Assembly (NCBI RefSeq): GCF_044704955.1
Contig: NC_091993.1
Coordinates: 117,118,001 to 117,182,000 of the forward strand
Source of the DNA: Pristiophorus japonicus
Lineage: Eukaryota
Reading direction: 5' to 3'
DNA length: 64,000 nt
A model generated the notes under the pieces. It did no database searches. It was not told where the DNA came from and worked only from the letters and a program-made list of their open reading frames with translations. Shown here piece after piece: positions 23,606-36,315 of the stretch. Each line of letters opens with the position of its first letter. The first letter of the stretch is position 1. Both the position numbers and the translations under genes were made by a program.

Positions 23606-25842
23606 AGATGGGTGACTTTAATATGTATATAGATTCGGCTAACCAAACTGGAAACAATACGGTGGAGGAGGATTTCCTGGAGTGCATAAGGGATGGTTTT
23701 CTAGACCAATATGTCGAGGAACCAACTAGGGGAGAGGCTGTCTTAGACTGGGTGTTGTGTAATGAGAGAGGATTAATTTGCAATCTCGTTGTGCGAGGCC
23801 CCTTGGGGAAGAGTGACCATAATATGGTGGAATTCTACATTAGGATGGAGAATGAAACAATTAATTCAGAGACCATGGTCCAGAACTTAAAGAAGGGTAA
23901 CTTTGAAGGTATGAGGCGTGAATTGGCTAGGATAGATTGGTGAATGATACTTAAGGGGTTGACAGTGGATGGGCAATGGCAGACATTTAGAGACCGCATG
24001 GATGAACTACAACAATTGTACATCCCTGTCTGGTGTAAAAATAAAAAAGGGAAGATGGCTCAACCGTGGCTATCAAGGGAAATCAGGGATAGTATTAAAG
24101 CCAAGGAAGTGGCATACAAATTGGCCAGAAATAGCAGCGAACCCGGGGACTGGGAGAAATTTAGAACTCAGCAGAGGAGGACAAAAGGTTTGATTAGGGC
24201 AGGGAAAATAGAGTATGAGAGATAGCTTGCAGGGAACATTAAAATGGACTGCAAAAGCTTCTATAGATATGTAAAGAGAAAAAGGTTAGTAAAGACAAAC
24301 GTAGGTCCCCTGCAGTCAGAATCAGGGGAAGTCATAACTGACAGTCATTTTCCAACATTCCATTGACTCTGGATCAGTTCCTATGGAGTGGAGGGTAGCC
24401 AATGTAACCCCACTTTTTAAAAAAGGAGGGAGAGAGAAAACAGGGAATTATAGACCAGTCAGCCTGACATCGGTAGTGGGTAAAATGATGGAATCAATTA
24501 TTAAGGATGTCATAGCAGCGCATTTGGAAAGAGGTGACATGATAGGTCCAAGTCAGCATGGATTTGTGAAAGGGAAATCATGCTTGACAAATCTTCTGGA
24601 ATTTTTTGAGGATGTTTCCAGTAGAGTGGACAAGGGAGAACCAGTTGATGTGGTGTATTTGGACTTTCAGAAGGCTTTCGACAAGGTCCCACACAAGAGA
24701 TTAATGTGCAAAGTTAAAGCACATGGGATTGGGGGTAGTGTGCTGACATGGATTGAGAACTGCTTTCCAGACAGGAAGCAAAGAGTAGGAGTAAATGGGT
24801 ACTTTTCAGAATGGCAGACAGTGACTAGTGGGGTACCGCAAGGTTCTGTGCTGGGGCCCCAGCTGTTTACACTGTACATTAATGATTTGGACGAGGGGAT
24901 TAAATGTAGTATCTCCAAGTTTGCGGATGACACTAAGTTGGGTGGCAGTGTGAGGTCGAGGAGGATGCTATGAGGCTGCAGAGTGACTTGGATAGGTTAG
25001 GTGAGTGGGCAAATGCATGGAAGATGAAGTATAATGTGGATAAATGTGAGGTAATCCACTTTGGTTGTAAAAACAGAGAGACAGACTATTATCTGAATGG
25101 TGACAGATTAGGAAAAGGGGAGGTGCAACGAGACCTGGGTGTCATGGTACATCAGTCATTGAAGGTTGGCATGCAGGTACAGCAGGCAGTTAAGAAGGCA
25201 AATCGCATGTTGGTCTTCATAGCGAGGGGATTTGAGTACAGGGGCAGGGATGTGTTACTACAGTTGTACAGGGCCTTGGTGAGGCCACACCTGGAGTATT
25301 GTGTACAGTTTTGGTCTCCTAACTTGAGGAAGGACATTCTTGCTATTGAGGGAGTGCAGCGAAGGTTCACCAGACTGATTCCCGGGATGGCGGGACTGAC
25401 ATATCAAGAAAGACTGGATCAATTGGGCTTGTATTCACTGGAGTTCAGAAGAATGAGAGGGGGTCTCATAGAAACGTTTAAAATTCTGATGGGTTTAGAC
25501 AGGTTAGATGCAGGAAGAATGTTCCCAATGTTGGGGAAGTCCTGAACCAGGGGTCACAGTCTAAGGATAAGGGATAAACCATTTAGGACCGAGATGAGGA
25601 GAAACTTCTTCACCCAGAGAGTGGTGAACCTGTGGAATTCTCTACCACAGAAAGTTGTTGAGGCCAATTCACCAAATATATTCAAAAGGGAGTTACTACT
25701 AAGGGGATCAAGGGGTATGGCGAGAAAGCAGGAATGGGGTACTGAAGTTGCATGTTCAGCCATGAACTCATTGAATGGCAGTGCAGGCTCGAAGGGTCGA
25801 ATGGCCTACTCCTGCATCTATTTTCTATGCTTCTATGTTTCT
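23606..25842 (+). mobile_element. 5'-truncated CR1, same subfamily as 49059-54004, with ~250-bp internal deletion near 24340
   Basis: ORF2 peptides nearly identical to those of the full copy; TTCTATG tail. Confidence 0.95.
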
Positions 25843-25894
25843 AAAATTAAAATATCTTTTTGGTATTTAATAATTTTTTAATTTTAAGTAAGCA

Positions 25895-26026
25895 TGACAT
25901 CTGTGTGCCAGGAACAAAGCAAAAGGGAATACTTATAGCAGAATTTTAAGTAAAATAATTTATACTTTTAATTCAAATTCTGCTGTAAGTATTCCCTTTT
26001 GTGCTGTTCCCTGCTCACAGATATCA
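25895..26026. other. 132-nt imperfect palindrome (hairpin with ~61-bp stem, 10-nt loop)
   Basis: CAAAAGGGAATACTTATAGCAGAATTT pairs with AAATTCTGCTGTAAGTATTCCCTTTTG. Confidence 0.85.
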
Positions 26027-26131
26027 AGGTTAATACTTAATTTTATATGCTTTGTTGGGAATATTAGACTTATGAAATTTTCACAGGAGCTTTGAAATTA
26101 CATTGCAGAATAATAAGTATGAACATTTGTT

Positions 26132-26435
26132 AGAAACATAGAAACATAGAAAATAAGTGCAGGAGCAGGCCATTCGACCCTTCGAGACTGCACCACAATT
26201 CAATATGACCATGGTTGATCATGCAACTTTAGTTCCCCACTCCCACCTTCTCGCCATAACCCCTGATCCCTTTAGCCGTAAGGGCCACACCTAACTCCCT
26301 GTTGAATATGTCCAACGAACTGGACTCAACAACTTTCTGTGGTAGAGAATTCCACAGGTTTACCACTCTCTGGGTGAAAAAGTTTCTCCTCATCTTGGTC
26401 CTATATGGCTTACCCCTTATCCTTAGACTGTGACC
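26132..26435 (-). mobile_element. CR1 3' fragment
   Basis: AGAAACATAGAAACATAG tail, matches 49059-49360. Confidence 0.85.
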
Positions 26436-26489
26436 ATTTGAAACTCCTTTCCTGCTCTTTCAAACAGGTTGACAACTCACAAAAATGGC

Positions 26490-26950
26490 TGCAGTCCCAT
26501 TTCCCCATTTCCCCTGTGCTCGCTGATCTACATTGGCTCTTGGCCCAGCAATGCCTCAAATTTTAAAATTCTCAACCTTGTTTTCAAATCCCTCCTTAAT
26601 CTTGCTCCTCCGTATCTCTGTGACCTCCTCCAGCCCTATAAACCATCCGAGATCTCTGCGCTCCTCCAATGCTGGCCTCTTGCGAATTCCCGATTTTCAG
26701 CGCTCCACCATTGACGGCCGTGCCTTCAGCTGCCTAGACCCTAAGCTCTGAAATTCCCTCCCTAAATCTCTCTGCCTCTCTACAGCTCTCTTCTCCTTTA
26801 AGAGGCTCCTTAAATCCTGACTCTTTGACCTATCCGATTATCTCCTTCTGTGGCTCGGTATCACAATGTGTTTGATAACCCTCCTGTGAAGCGCCTTGGG
26901 ACGTTTTACTACATTAACAGTGCTATATAAATGCAAGTTGTTGTTGTTGA
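26490..26950 (+). mobile_element. L2-like LINE 3' end
   Basis: FKIL.LVFKSL..LAPPYL, RSLRSS, GRAFS; (TTG)n tail. Confidence 0.85.
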
Positions 26951-27063
26951 GAGAGAAATTTCAACTGAATGCATAAACGTGTACATCTTTGATCCCAACA
27001 CACCACTTCAGGCTAGTAGATTTAGATAAACCACCCTGTTTCAATGAGAGGTTGGAGCCTTAC

Positions 27064-27119
27064 CACAGAGTTCGACTTTGGAATAGAATTTTCTATTGTT
27101 GACTCTTTCTCTCTGTTAT
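27064..27119 (-). CDS. Gene B exon 5, cytoplasmic (DNREKESTIENSIPKSNSV)
   Basis: TTTTCTAG| acceptor, GTG|GTAAGG donor, 56 nt, phase 1 to 0, open frame linking exons 4 and 6. Confidence 0.8.
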
Positions 27120-27849
27120 CTAGAAAATACAAATGTGAAGGTAATGAATGAAGCCAAGTAAAACAGCAGGAAGATTCACAATGTAACTCTTTTTTCAGTT
27201 GTGTTAAATGTCATTTAAAAAAATTTATTGCACTTTTTAATATTCCCAAGTCAATATTAGATGAAAAACTGGGCTCAATTAGAGTATTGAGCTAATTTTG
27301 GGGAAATTAAACTGGACTATACTGCACGACAACTTCAGCCATTGTGTAACAGTTAAAACCTCGCCTCACAACAATTCATTGCATAATAAAACATTGACAT
27401 CAAACATGGGTTTGTATTGGTTACTTATTGTTCGGTAAAATGCTTCCAATCTGTGTCAGGCAGTTATATTAAGACCCATTATATTTTCCGATATTGTTTC
27501 ACTGCTCAATCACCTTTCATTAACTTTTAATTGGATCCTGCAATTGTTTTTATATTTAGCTATTAGTAGGATTTTTGCTAATTGTGTTTTCTTGCGTATT
27601 AAATATTTGATCTCTTGTGGCAATTCTCTTGGGCAAAAGTGTAAAAACAACTCTGCCCCAATTTGCTTTCCTGTTTTTTTTTCTCATCTTTCCCACAGCA
27701 GCTGTTGATGATTCTGCCATCGCCATTTACACCCTATCTAGACTCATCTTTTGTTTCTTAACTTGCCCCATTACCATCTCCTTTTGCCTTGCAACATCAT
27801 CTCTTTTTGTCTCTTAATCTGTCCTGCCTTCCACCCTATCTTATATTGA

Positions 27850-28615
27850 ACCATAGAAATTTACAGTACGGAAGGAAACGATTTCGGCCGACAAGAGGTA
27901 TTCAAGCCTAACCCCACTTTCCAGCTCTTATTCCGTAGCACTGTAGGTTACAGCACTTCAAGTGCACATCCAAGTATCTTTTAAATGTGGTGAGGGTTCC
28001 TGCCTCTACCACCCTTTCAGGCAGTGAGTTCCAGACCCCCACCACCCTCTGAGTGAAGAGATTTTCCCTCGTATCTCCTCTAAACCTCCCCCCAATTACT
28101 TTTAATCTATGCCCCCTCGTTGTTGACCCCTCTGCCAAGGGAAACAGAGGTCCTTCCTATCCACTCCATCCAGGCCCCTCATAATTTTATACACCTCAAT
28201 CAGGTCTCCCCTTAGCCTCCTCTGTTCCAAAGAAAACAGACAAGCCCATCCAATCTTTCCTCATAGCCAAAATTCTCCAGTCTAGGCAACATTCTTGTAA
28301 ATCTCCTCTGAACTCTTTCCAGTGCAATCACATCTTTCCTGTAATGTGGTGACCAGAACTGCATGCAGTACTCCAGCTGCGGCCTAACCAGTGTTTTATA
28401 CAGTTCAAGCATAACCCCCCTGCTCTTGTATTCTATGCCTCAACTTATAAAGGCAAGTATTCCATATGCCTTCTTAACCACGTCATCAACCTGGCCTGCT
28501 ACCTTCAGGGATCTGTGGACCTGCACTCTTTTTTCCTCTACACTTTTCAGTGAGGTACCATTTAATGTTTATTGCCTTGCTTTGTTAGACCTCCCCAAAA
28601 GCATTACCTTACACT
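27850..28615 (-). mobile_element. CR1 3' fragment inserted into a Penelope-like 3' end (27690-27840 and 28615-28735)
   Basis: LVRPQLEYC, FTQRVVGVWNSLP; flanks match 40850-41200. Confidence 0.8.
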
Positions 28616-28987
28616 TATCTCTAACTTTTCCCAGTTCTGACGAAGGGTCAGCGACCTGAAACGTGAACTCTGTTTTTCTCTCTCTACAGATGCTGCCTGA
28701 CTTGCTGAGTAATTCCAGCATTTTCTGTTTTTATTATATATGTAAAAAAAAGTCTTAGTCTTACTGCAAAAACTGACTGCTAGCTTCTAAAATGGTGACA
28801 TATCCCCCAAAAAGGTGACAGACATAAATATAGACCTTATGACACATGGGCTCATCTTAACTTAAGCTGCAGGGATACCCAACATTCCATCACTTTTATT
28901 GCAGGCGGACAAATCTAAGTTACTTCCAGCTCCTTCCAGGCATACTACAGTGCTGACTTATGGCATGGCAGCTCACAATCACCTCAT

Positions 28988-30018
28988 GTAAGAATCAGAG
29001 AATGGTTACAGCATGGACGAATGCTATTCGGCCCGTTGAGCCTGTGCCGGCTTCTGCAAGAGCACCTCAGCTAGTCCCACTCCACCCGCCTTTTCCCTGT
29101 AGCCCTGCAATTTTTTTTCTTTCAAGTACTTATCCAACTCCTTCTTGAAAGCCACGATTGAGTCTGCCTCCACCACCCTTTCAGGTCGTGCATTCCAGAT
29201 CCTAACCACTCGCTGCATTAAAAAGCTTTTCCTCATGTCGCCTTTGATTCTTATGGCAATCACCTTAAATTTGTGTCCTTTGGTTCTTGACCCTTCCGCC
29301 AATGGGAAATGTTTCTCTCTAGCTACTCTGTCCAGACCTCTCATATTGATAGCCATAAAACAGGGAGTCAGCTGTGTGACTGATTGGTCACTTGTCTACA
29401 GACTTATTGGGTTTCCCATCCCCCTCGTTTATGCCGGTCATGTTTTGATCCTCTTCCCCTGGACAGATAAGAACAGAAGAAATAGGGGCAGGAATAGGCC
29501 ATACGGCCCCTCGAGCCTGCGCCACCATTTAATACGATCATGGCTGATCCGATCATGGACTCAAGTCCACTTCCCTGCCCGCTCCCCATAACCCTTTATT
29601 TCCTTATCGGTTAAGAAATTGTCTATCTCTGTCTTACATTTATTCAATGACCCAGCTTCCACAGCTCTCTGAAGCAGCGAATTCCACAGGTTTACAACTC
29701 TCTGAGAGAAGAAATTCCTCCTCATCTCTGTTTTAAATGGGCGGCCCCTTATTCTAAGATCATGCCCCCTAGTTCTAGTCTCCCCCATCAGTGGAAACAT
29801 CTTCTCTGCATCTACATTGCCAAGCCCCCTCATAATCTTATACGTTTCGATAAGATCACCTCTCATTCTTCTGAGTAGAGGCCCAACCTACTCAACCTTT
29901 CCTCATAAGTCAAATCCCTCATCTCCGGAATCCAGCTAGTGAACTTTTTCTGAACTGCCTCCAAAGCAAGTATATCCTTTCTTAAATATGGAAACCAAAA
30001 CTGCACGCAGTATTCCAG
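28988..30018 (-). mobile_element. Two adjacent CR1 3' fragments (28988-29345, 29465-30018)
   Basis: ORFs 29024-29356 and 29561-29866 encode the CR1 RT C-terminus. Confidence 0.85.
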
Positions 30019-31267
30019 AAGCTGCCAATGGATTAAGATGTCTTTTTCTTAGCCTTTCCAATGGGTGTAAAAATGTTTGTCACTTGCCTTTAAATGCCTG
30101 CATCCCTTTAAATTGCACTCTGCACCCGTCCAACGCGTCACCTGGCGCTGTGAATCATTAAACACAAGGGCTGATTCACAAGCAATTGCCAACTACAGAT
30201 TACCATTCAGGTGAGATTTGTACGATTGAACTAACATATTAATTATATGGAAATTGGCCCCATTAACTGGTCATTTGTTTCAGTTATTGTTTGCAGGGCC
30301 TTGCTATAAATTGTTCTTTTGTTCTTTACAACCCAACCCCTCCCCCTTTCAGCACTAAGAATCTGTTACATTTCGAACTATTGTCAGTTCTGACGAAGGG
30401 TCATCGCCCTGAAACGTTAACTCTGTTTCTCGCCACAGATGCTGCCTGACCCGCTGAGATTTCCAGCATTTTCAGTTTCTATTATAAATTGTATTATTTG
30501 GCTGCCCTATTTGTCTACTTAACAATGATGACACTTCAAGAGTAATTCATTGAATGTAAAGTGTCTCGGGGTGACCCGAGGGTGCTGTATAAAAGGAATC
30601 CCTTTTTGTTTTCTACATGCTTTTGGAGTTGAGGACTATCTGCCTCCTCTAATTATTCTCGAAGCTAAGAGCACAGAAGACTAACTATTCGCAGAACAAC
30701 AAATATGCAATTTGCAGGCGATTCCGCCTGAGATTACCCATCAGGTAATTAGATAATAGCACTTCTATTTACAAAGGAATCATTTAGTATTTAATAACTC
30801 ATTCATTCATGATATTTGTTCGAGATATTATAATTGTTTCGTTTCTCCATCCAGTACCAAACCGGAGCATGGTTTTCACTCTCCACACACAAATGATCGA
30901 ACAAATACAGACAAGTAGTCCTTTTAATTAAGAAATAAAATCACCTTTGTGTTGCTAACGTGACTCCCAAGCATTTTAAAATCATCAGCGAGAAACAATA
31001 CACGTTGCTATGTGCCACATACAAATTGCCGGAATGTTACTGGCAATCCTGTCACCATTATATTGTGCTGAATAGACAGTGCAACAGAGTTTCTATTCTT
31101 CCAAAGAACTACAGGAAGTACCGTCACTTTTGGCTGACTGCTTCACTGAGATTAGTGCCAGATTGGAATGAAAATATGAGGAGATTTCTGTGCTGACGAG
31201 ACGTACGTACTGCTGAACTGCAGATATATGTAGAACCTCAACTGCAAATCAAGACACGATCCGTGAA

Positions 31268-32240
31268 AGAACATAAGAACATAAGAAATAGGAACAGGAG
31301 TAGGCCATACGGCCCCTCGAGCCTTCTCCGCCATTCAATAAGATCATGGACTCAGGTCCACTTCCCCGCCCGCTCCCCATAACCCCTTATCGTTTAAGAA
31401 ACTGTCTATCTCTATCTTACATTTATTCAATGTCCCAGCTTCTACAGCTCTCTGAGGCAGCAAATTCCACAGATTTACAACTCTCTGAGAGAAGAAATTT
31501 CTCCTCATCTCTGTTTTAAATGGGCGGCCCCTTATTCTAAGATCACGCCCTCTAGTTCTAGTCTCCCCCATCAGTGGAAACATCCTCTCTGCATCCACCT
31601 TGTCAAGCCCCCTCGTAATCTTATATGTTTCAATCAGATCACCTCTCATTCTTCTGAATTCCAATGAGTAGAGGTCCAACCTACTCAACCTTTCCTCATA
31701 AGTCAACCCCCTCATCCCCGGGATCAACCTAGTGAACCTTCTCTGAACTGCCTCCACAGCAAGTATATCCTTTCTTAAATATGGAAACCAAAACTGCACG
31801 CAGTATTCCAGGTGTGGCCTCACCAATACCTTATATAGCTGTAGCAAGACTTCCCTGCTTTTATACTCCATCCCCTTTGCAATAAAGGCCAAGATTCCAT
31901 TGGCCTTCCTGATCACTTGCTGTACCTGCATACTATCCTTTTGTGTTTTATGCACAAGTACCCCCAGATCCCGCTGTACTGCAGCACTTTGCAATCTTTC
32001 TTCATTTAAATAATAACTTACTCTTCGATTTTTTTTCTGCCAAAGTTCATGACCTCACACTTTCCGACATTATACTCCATCTGCCAAATTTTTGCCCTCT
32101 CACTTAGTCTGTCTATGTCCTTTTGCAGATTTTTTGTGTCCTCCTCGCACGCACATTGCTTTTTCTCCCATCTTTGTATCATCAGCAAACTTGGCTATGT
32201 TACACTCAGTCCCTTCTTCCAAGTCGTTAATATACATTGT
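31268..32240 (-). mobile_element. 5'-truncated CR1 (RT C-terminus plus TTCTTATG tail)
   Basis: YINDL, FADDTK, LVRPHLEYC, FFSQRVVNLWN. Confidence 0.93.
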
Positions 32241-32338
32241 AGAAGGTTGTTCCATATCACATGGTTGGTTTTCGTCTAGTTCCTTTGAAAGATAGAATGA
32301 CTCCGCTGCATGAAAATTGGTTAAGTTTCTGAACTTAC

Positions 32339-32439
32339 CGTTATCTTTGTGCTTTCTTATTTTTTTGATAACTAGGATCACAAGTCCGAGAAGCATCATC
32401 GCCAAAGTCCCAAAGATTATCCCGAGTATTATGAAAAGC
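32339..32439 (-). CDS. Gene B exon 4, transmembrane plus basic stop-transfer (LFIILGIIFGTLAMMLLGLVILVI-KKIRKHKDN)
   Basis: 24 apolar residues with no charge followed by KKIRK; AAG| acceptor, G|GTAAGT donor, phase 2 to 1. Confidence 0.9.
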
Positions 32440-33159
32440 CTTGGCAGTTTATGAAAAACAGAGAAGTTCTATGAGTATAGGGACAGACATAATCAGCCAT
32501 ATATGGACCAGGATAGGTAATCCTGCACAGTAACACAACATTTTACAATATTTGCAATATCTCCCAGATGATATGACAGGGTATCGGACTGGACTATTGT
32601 CCCATGTCACTGATTTAATGGTCCAACTATGATAGTTTAATGACTCAGGGGGGTAGACTTTCCTGAGAGCCCCTCAACGCCTGATTGCCCACCAAGAAAA
32701 AACACTAACATTTTGTAAGTAACGCCGGTGAAAATTTCCACTTTTAAATTAAAACTAATCACCCAGCGAGAAAATGGGTCTTGCACCATTATTCTCGGTG
32801 GTTAAAAGGGGAAAGGAGTTCTGATGAAAAGTCATCCACTTGAAGCATTATCCCTGTATCTCTCTCTCCACAGATGCTGCCTGACTTGCTGAGTGTTTTC
32901 TGTTTTTATATTATGATTGTTTAATCCTCAGGCAATTCCAGTCTCCCTGGGCTGATCATTTTTAAATTTTCAGCTCATGCACTGTGATGCTGAAACAAAT
33001 GACCTCATTACAGTAATGGCAAGATTAACTTTGTTATTGTAACGTTAACCATAGATAACCAAAATAGTACAGGAGTATCATCAGACAAAATGTGACACCG
33101 AGCCACATAAGGAGATATTAGGACAGGTGACCAAAAACTTAGTCAAAGAGATAAGCTAA

Positions 33160-33748
33160 ATTGTCTGAGTTGCGCATCCTAGATTTATTTTGCTCCACCA
33201 TTGGCAGCCATGCTGGCTTTTTAAAAAATGTGTTTATGGGATGTGGGTGTCACTGGCAAGGCCAGCATTTATTGCCCATCCCTAATTGCTGCAATCCATG
33301 TGGTGAAGGTGCTCCCACAGTGCTGTTAGGGAGGGAGTTCCAGGATTTTGACCTAGTGACGATGAAGGAATGGCAATATGATTCCAAGTCAGAATGGTGT
33401 GTGACTTGGAGGGGAACGTGGAGGTGGTGGTGTTCCCATGCGCCTGCTGCCCTTGTCCTTCTAGGTGGTAGAGGTCGTGGGTTTGGGAGATGCTGCCGAA
33501 GAAGCCTTGGCCTAGGCCCTTAGTTCTCGAATTCCCCTCCCTAAACCTCTCTGCCTCTCTCCTCCTTTAAGTCACTCCTTAAAACGTACCTCTTTCACTA
33601 AGCTTTTGGTTGCCTGCCCTAATATCTCTTTATAGGGCAGGCAACCAAAAGCTCAGCATCAAATTTTGTCTGATAACCCTCCTGTAAAGCATCTTGGGAC
33701 GTTTTACTACATTAAAGGCGCAATATAAATGCAAGTTGTTGTTGTTAT
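33160..33748 (+). mobile_element. L2-like 3' end interrupted by another LINE tail (33215-33510, minus)
   Basis: Matches 26690-26950 on both sides of the insertion. Confidence 0.7.
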
Positions 33749-34294
33749 GAATGTCAAATTATAAAGCATTTACTACTGCTTGTCCAGTTGTCCCTTTCCC
33801 CCTCCAAGCTCTTTTCTTTTCATCTCCTATTTTTAACATTCGCCTTTGTTTCGAACACACCATGGAATAAAATTCCTGCAGGGGCTGTCCCGATCTCCCA
33901 GCAAAACCTCAACAGATGATCAGAGGAAATCCTGGAGAAACAGCTCACCCCTCCTTTAAAAATAAATAGATTTTTTTTTTCCAGTTTACCTACCTTTCTG
34001 AGCCTGCAGGTCCTACCATTCAGTAGACACAGAATTGAACCACCCCATCGTGCAAATGGCTTAACTAAACTAAAATTTGGAAAATATTGCACGATTACCA
34101 CACAACACTCTATTCTACCATTGTCACAAGCCAAAGAGAAGATCTAAACTTTCGATAGTTCTCCACCATCGAGGGTTTGTCTTGGATCATGTCTGGGTCT
34201 GTTGTAGACCAAACTGATAGAGATTTATTGCTATGGTTAGTCAACAACTCCATTATCGTTGTATCATGTGACTGACAGGGTGGTTAAAAACAAA

Positions 34295-34713
34295 GACTTG
34301 CATTTATGTAGCGCCTTTCACGACCTCAGAACGTCTCAAAGTGCTTTACAGCCAATGAAGTACTTTTTTGAAGTGTAGTCACTGTTGTAATGTAGGAAAC
34401 GCAGCAGTCAAGCTCCCACAAACGGCAATGTGATAATGATCAGATAATCTGTTTTAGTGCTGTTAAGTGAGGGATAAATATTGACCAGGACACCGGGGGT
34501 AACTCCCCTGCTTCTCTTCAAAATAGTGCCATCATTAATGCCCACGTGAGAGAGCAGGGGGGCCTCGGTTTAACATCTCATCTGAAAGACAGCATCTCCG
34601 AGAGTGCAGCACTCCCTCGGCATTGCACTGGAGTATCAGCCTAGATTTTCTGGAGTGGGACTTGAACCCACAACCTTCTGACTCAGAGGCAAGTGTGCCA
34701 CCCACTGAGCCAC
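34295..34713 (-). mobile_element. Full-length DeuSINE
   Basis: Head TGTGGCTCAGTGG to tail on the minus strand. Confidence 0.85.
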
Positions 34714-35104
34714 ATTAGAAAATGAAGTGGGTAGACCTCGGCCTTCTTTTGTCTAGCAATTCCGATGTTCCTCAACTCAGCCCCAGGCTGGAGGCTGATA
34801 CTTTATATCACTGTGCAGACTATGAAAAGCGAGTGTGTATTGACTGCACAGTCTTTATCCAACACTGATATTTCTCCATAATTTGGACCATAGGTATCAG
34901 GCAAGACCCTATATTGACTCTGTTTCTGCATCCATAAAACAATGAAAAGCGTTTTAAGTTCTATTACTTAATCAGGTAACCATTGTAAATACAGGACACC
35001 CATGAATCCTAGTCTGACGTGCTCTTGGATATCCTCGAGTTATGCAGTGGATTCATTACATGAATGTCGTATCACACTGGGACCCAGCACTTCAATCAAC
35101 ATCA

Positions 35105-35560
35105 CCATCATCATCATAGGCGGTCCCTCGAACAAGGATGACTTGCTTCCACGAGTTCACAGGTGTTTAGATGAAGGACCCCAATGTTCCAGTCCTGAAC
35201 TCCAATTGAGGGGGTGGAAGATGCCTGTGCATGGATTTTTCTTAACGTATGTTGGCCGTTCCACACCAACCACCACACGGGCTTGACAGAGCTAGGCCTT
35301 TATCCAGTGGCAAGGGTTAACCTTGGACTGGAGACTTGCTCTGCTGCATGGACCTAGTGTCGCAGTGTGGGCTGGCCCGTGCTGCCCCAGGCCCTCGGCT
35401 CTTCTGGGCCCCTCTGTCGTAGCTCCGTCACGATCTCGCGCCGCTCCTCCGCCATAAACATTCACCGCATCTCGCCACAAACACTCGCTGCTCATCCGCC
35501 CCGACCTTCCCACTCCTCTGTACCTGGGCCCTGCCGATGTTCCTGCCCATGCTCCAAAAT
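35105..35560 (-). mobile_element. RTE-tailed non-autonomous element
   Basis: Same family as 40310-40740. Confidence 0.75.
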
Positions 35561-35644
35561 GGCTTCAATCAACACATAGATGTTAAATGACAAACCTGTC
35601 TTACTGTTACAAACTGTTATGATGCGCTGTTAAGTAGAGTTATG

Positions 35645-36315
35645 CTACAGCAAGCAATAAGGAAGGCAAATGGCATGTTGTCCTTTATTGCAACGGGGTT
35701 GGAGTATAAGAGTAAGGAAGTCTTACTACAATTGTACAGGGCCTTGGTGAAACCACACCTGGAGTACTGTACACAGTTTTGGTCTCCTTATCTAAGGAAG
35801 GATATACTTGTCTTGGAGGTGGTGCAACGAAGGTTCACTAGATTGATCCCTGGGATGAGAGGGTTGTCTTATGATGAGAGATTGTGTAGAATGGGCCGAT
35901 ACTCTCTGGAGTGTAGAAGGATGAGAGGTGACCTCATTGAAACATACACGATTCTGAAGGAGATTGACAGGGTAGATGCTGAGAGGTTGTTTCCCCTAGC
36001 TGGAGTGTCGAGAGCTAGGGAACACAGTCTCAGGATAAGAGGTCAGAAATTTAAGACTGAGATGAGGAGGAACTTCTTCACTCAGAGGGTTGTGAATCTT
36101 TGGAATTCTCTGCCTCAGCGGGCTGTGGATGCTGAGTCTCTGAATATATTCACGGTAGATAGATTTTTGGGGGCTAGGGAAATCAAGGGATATGGGGATC
36201 GGGCGGGAAAGTGGAGTTGAGGTCGATGATCAGCCATGGTCTTATTGAATGGCGGAGCAGACTCGAGGGGCAGTATGGCCTACTCCGACTCCTAGTTCTT
36301 ATGTTCTTATATTCT
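35645..36315 (+). mobile_element. CR1 3' fragment
   Basis: 192-aa ORF of the CR1 ORF2 C-terminus, TTCTTATG tail. Confidence 0.9.

Noticed and set aside
34140-34270. Additional stalk exon of gene B
   Set aside because: No convincing acceptor/donor pair; the model is already in phase without it
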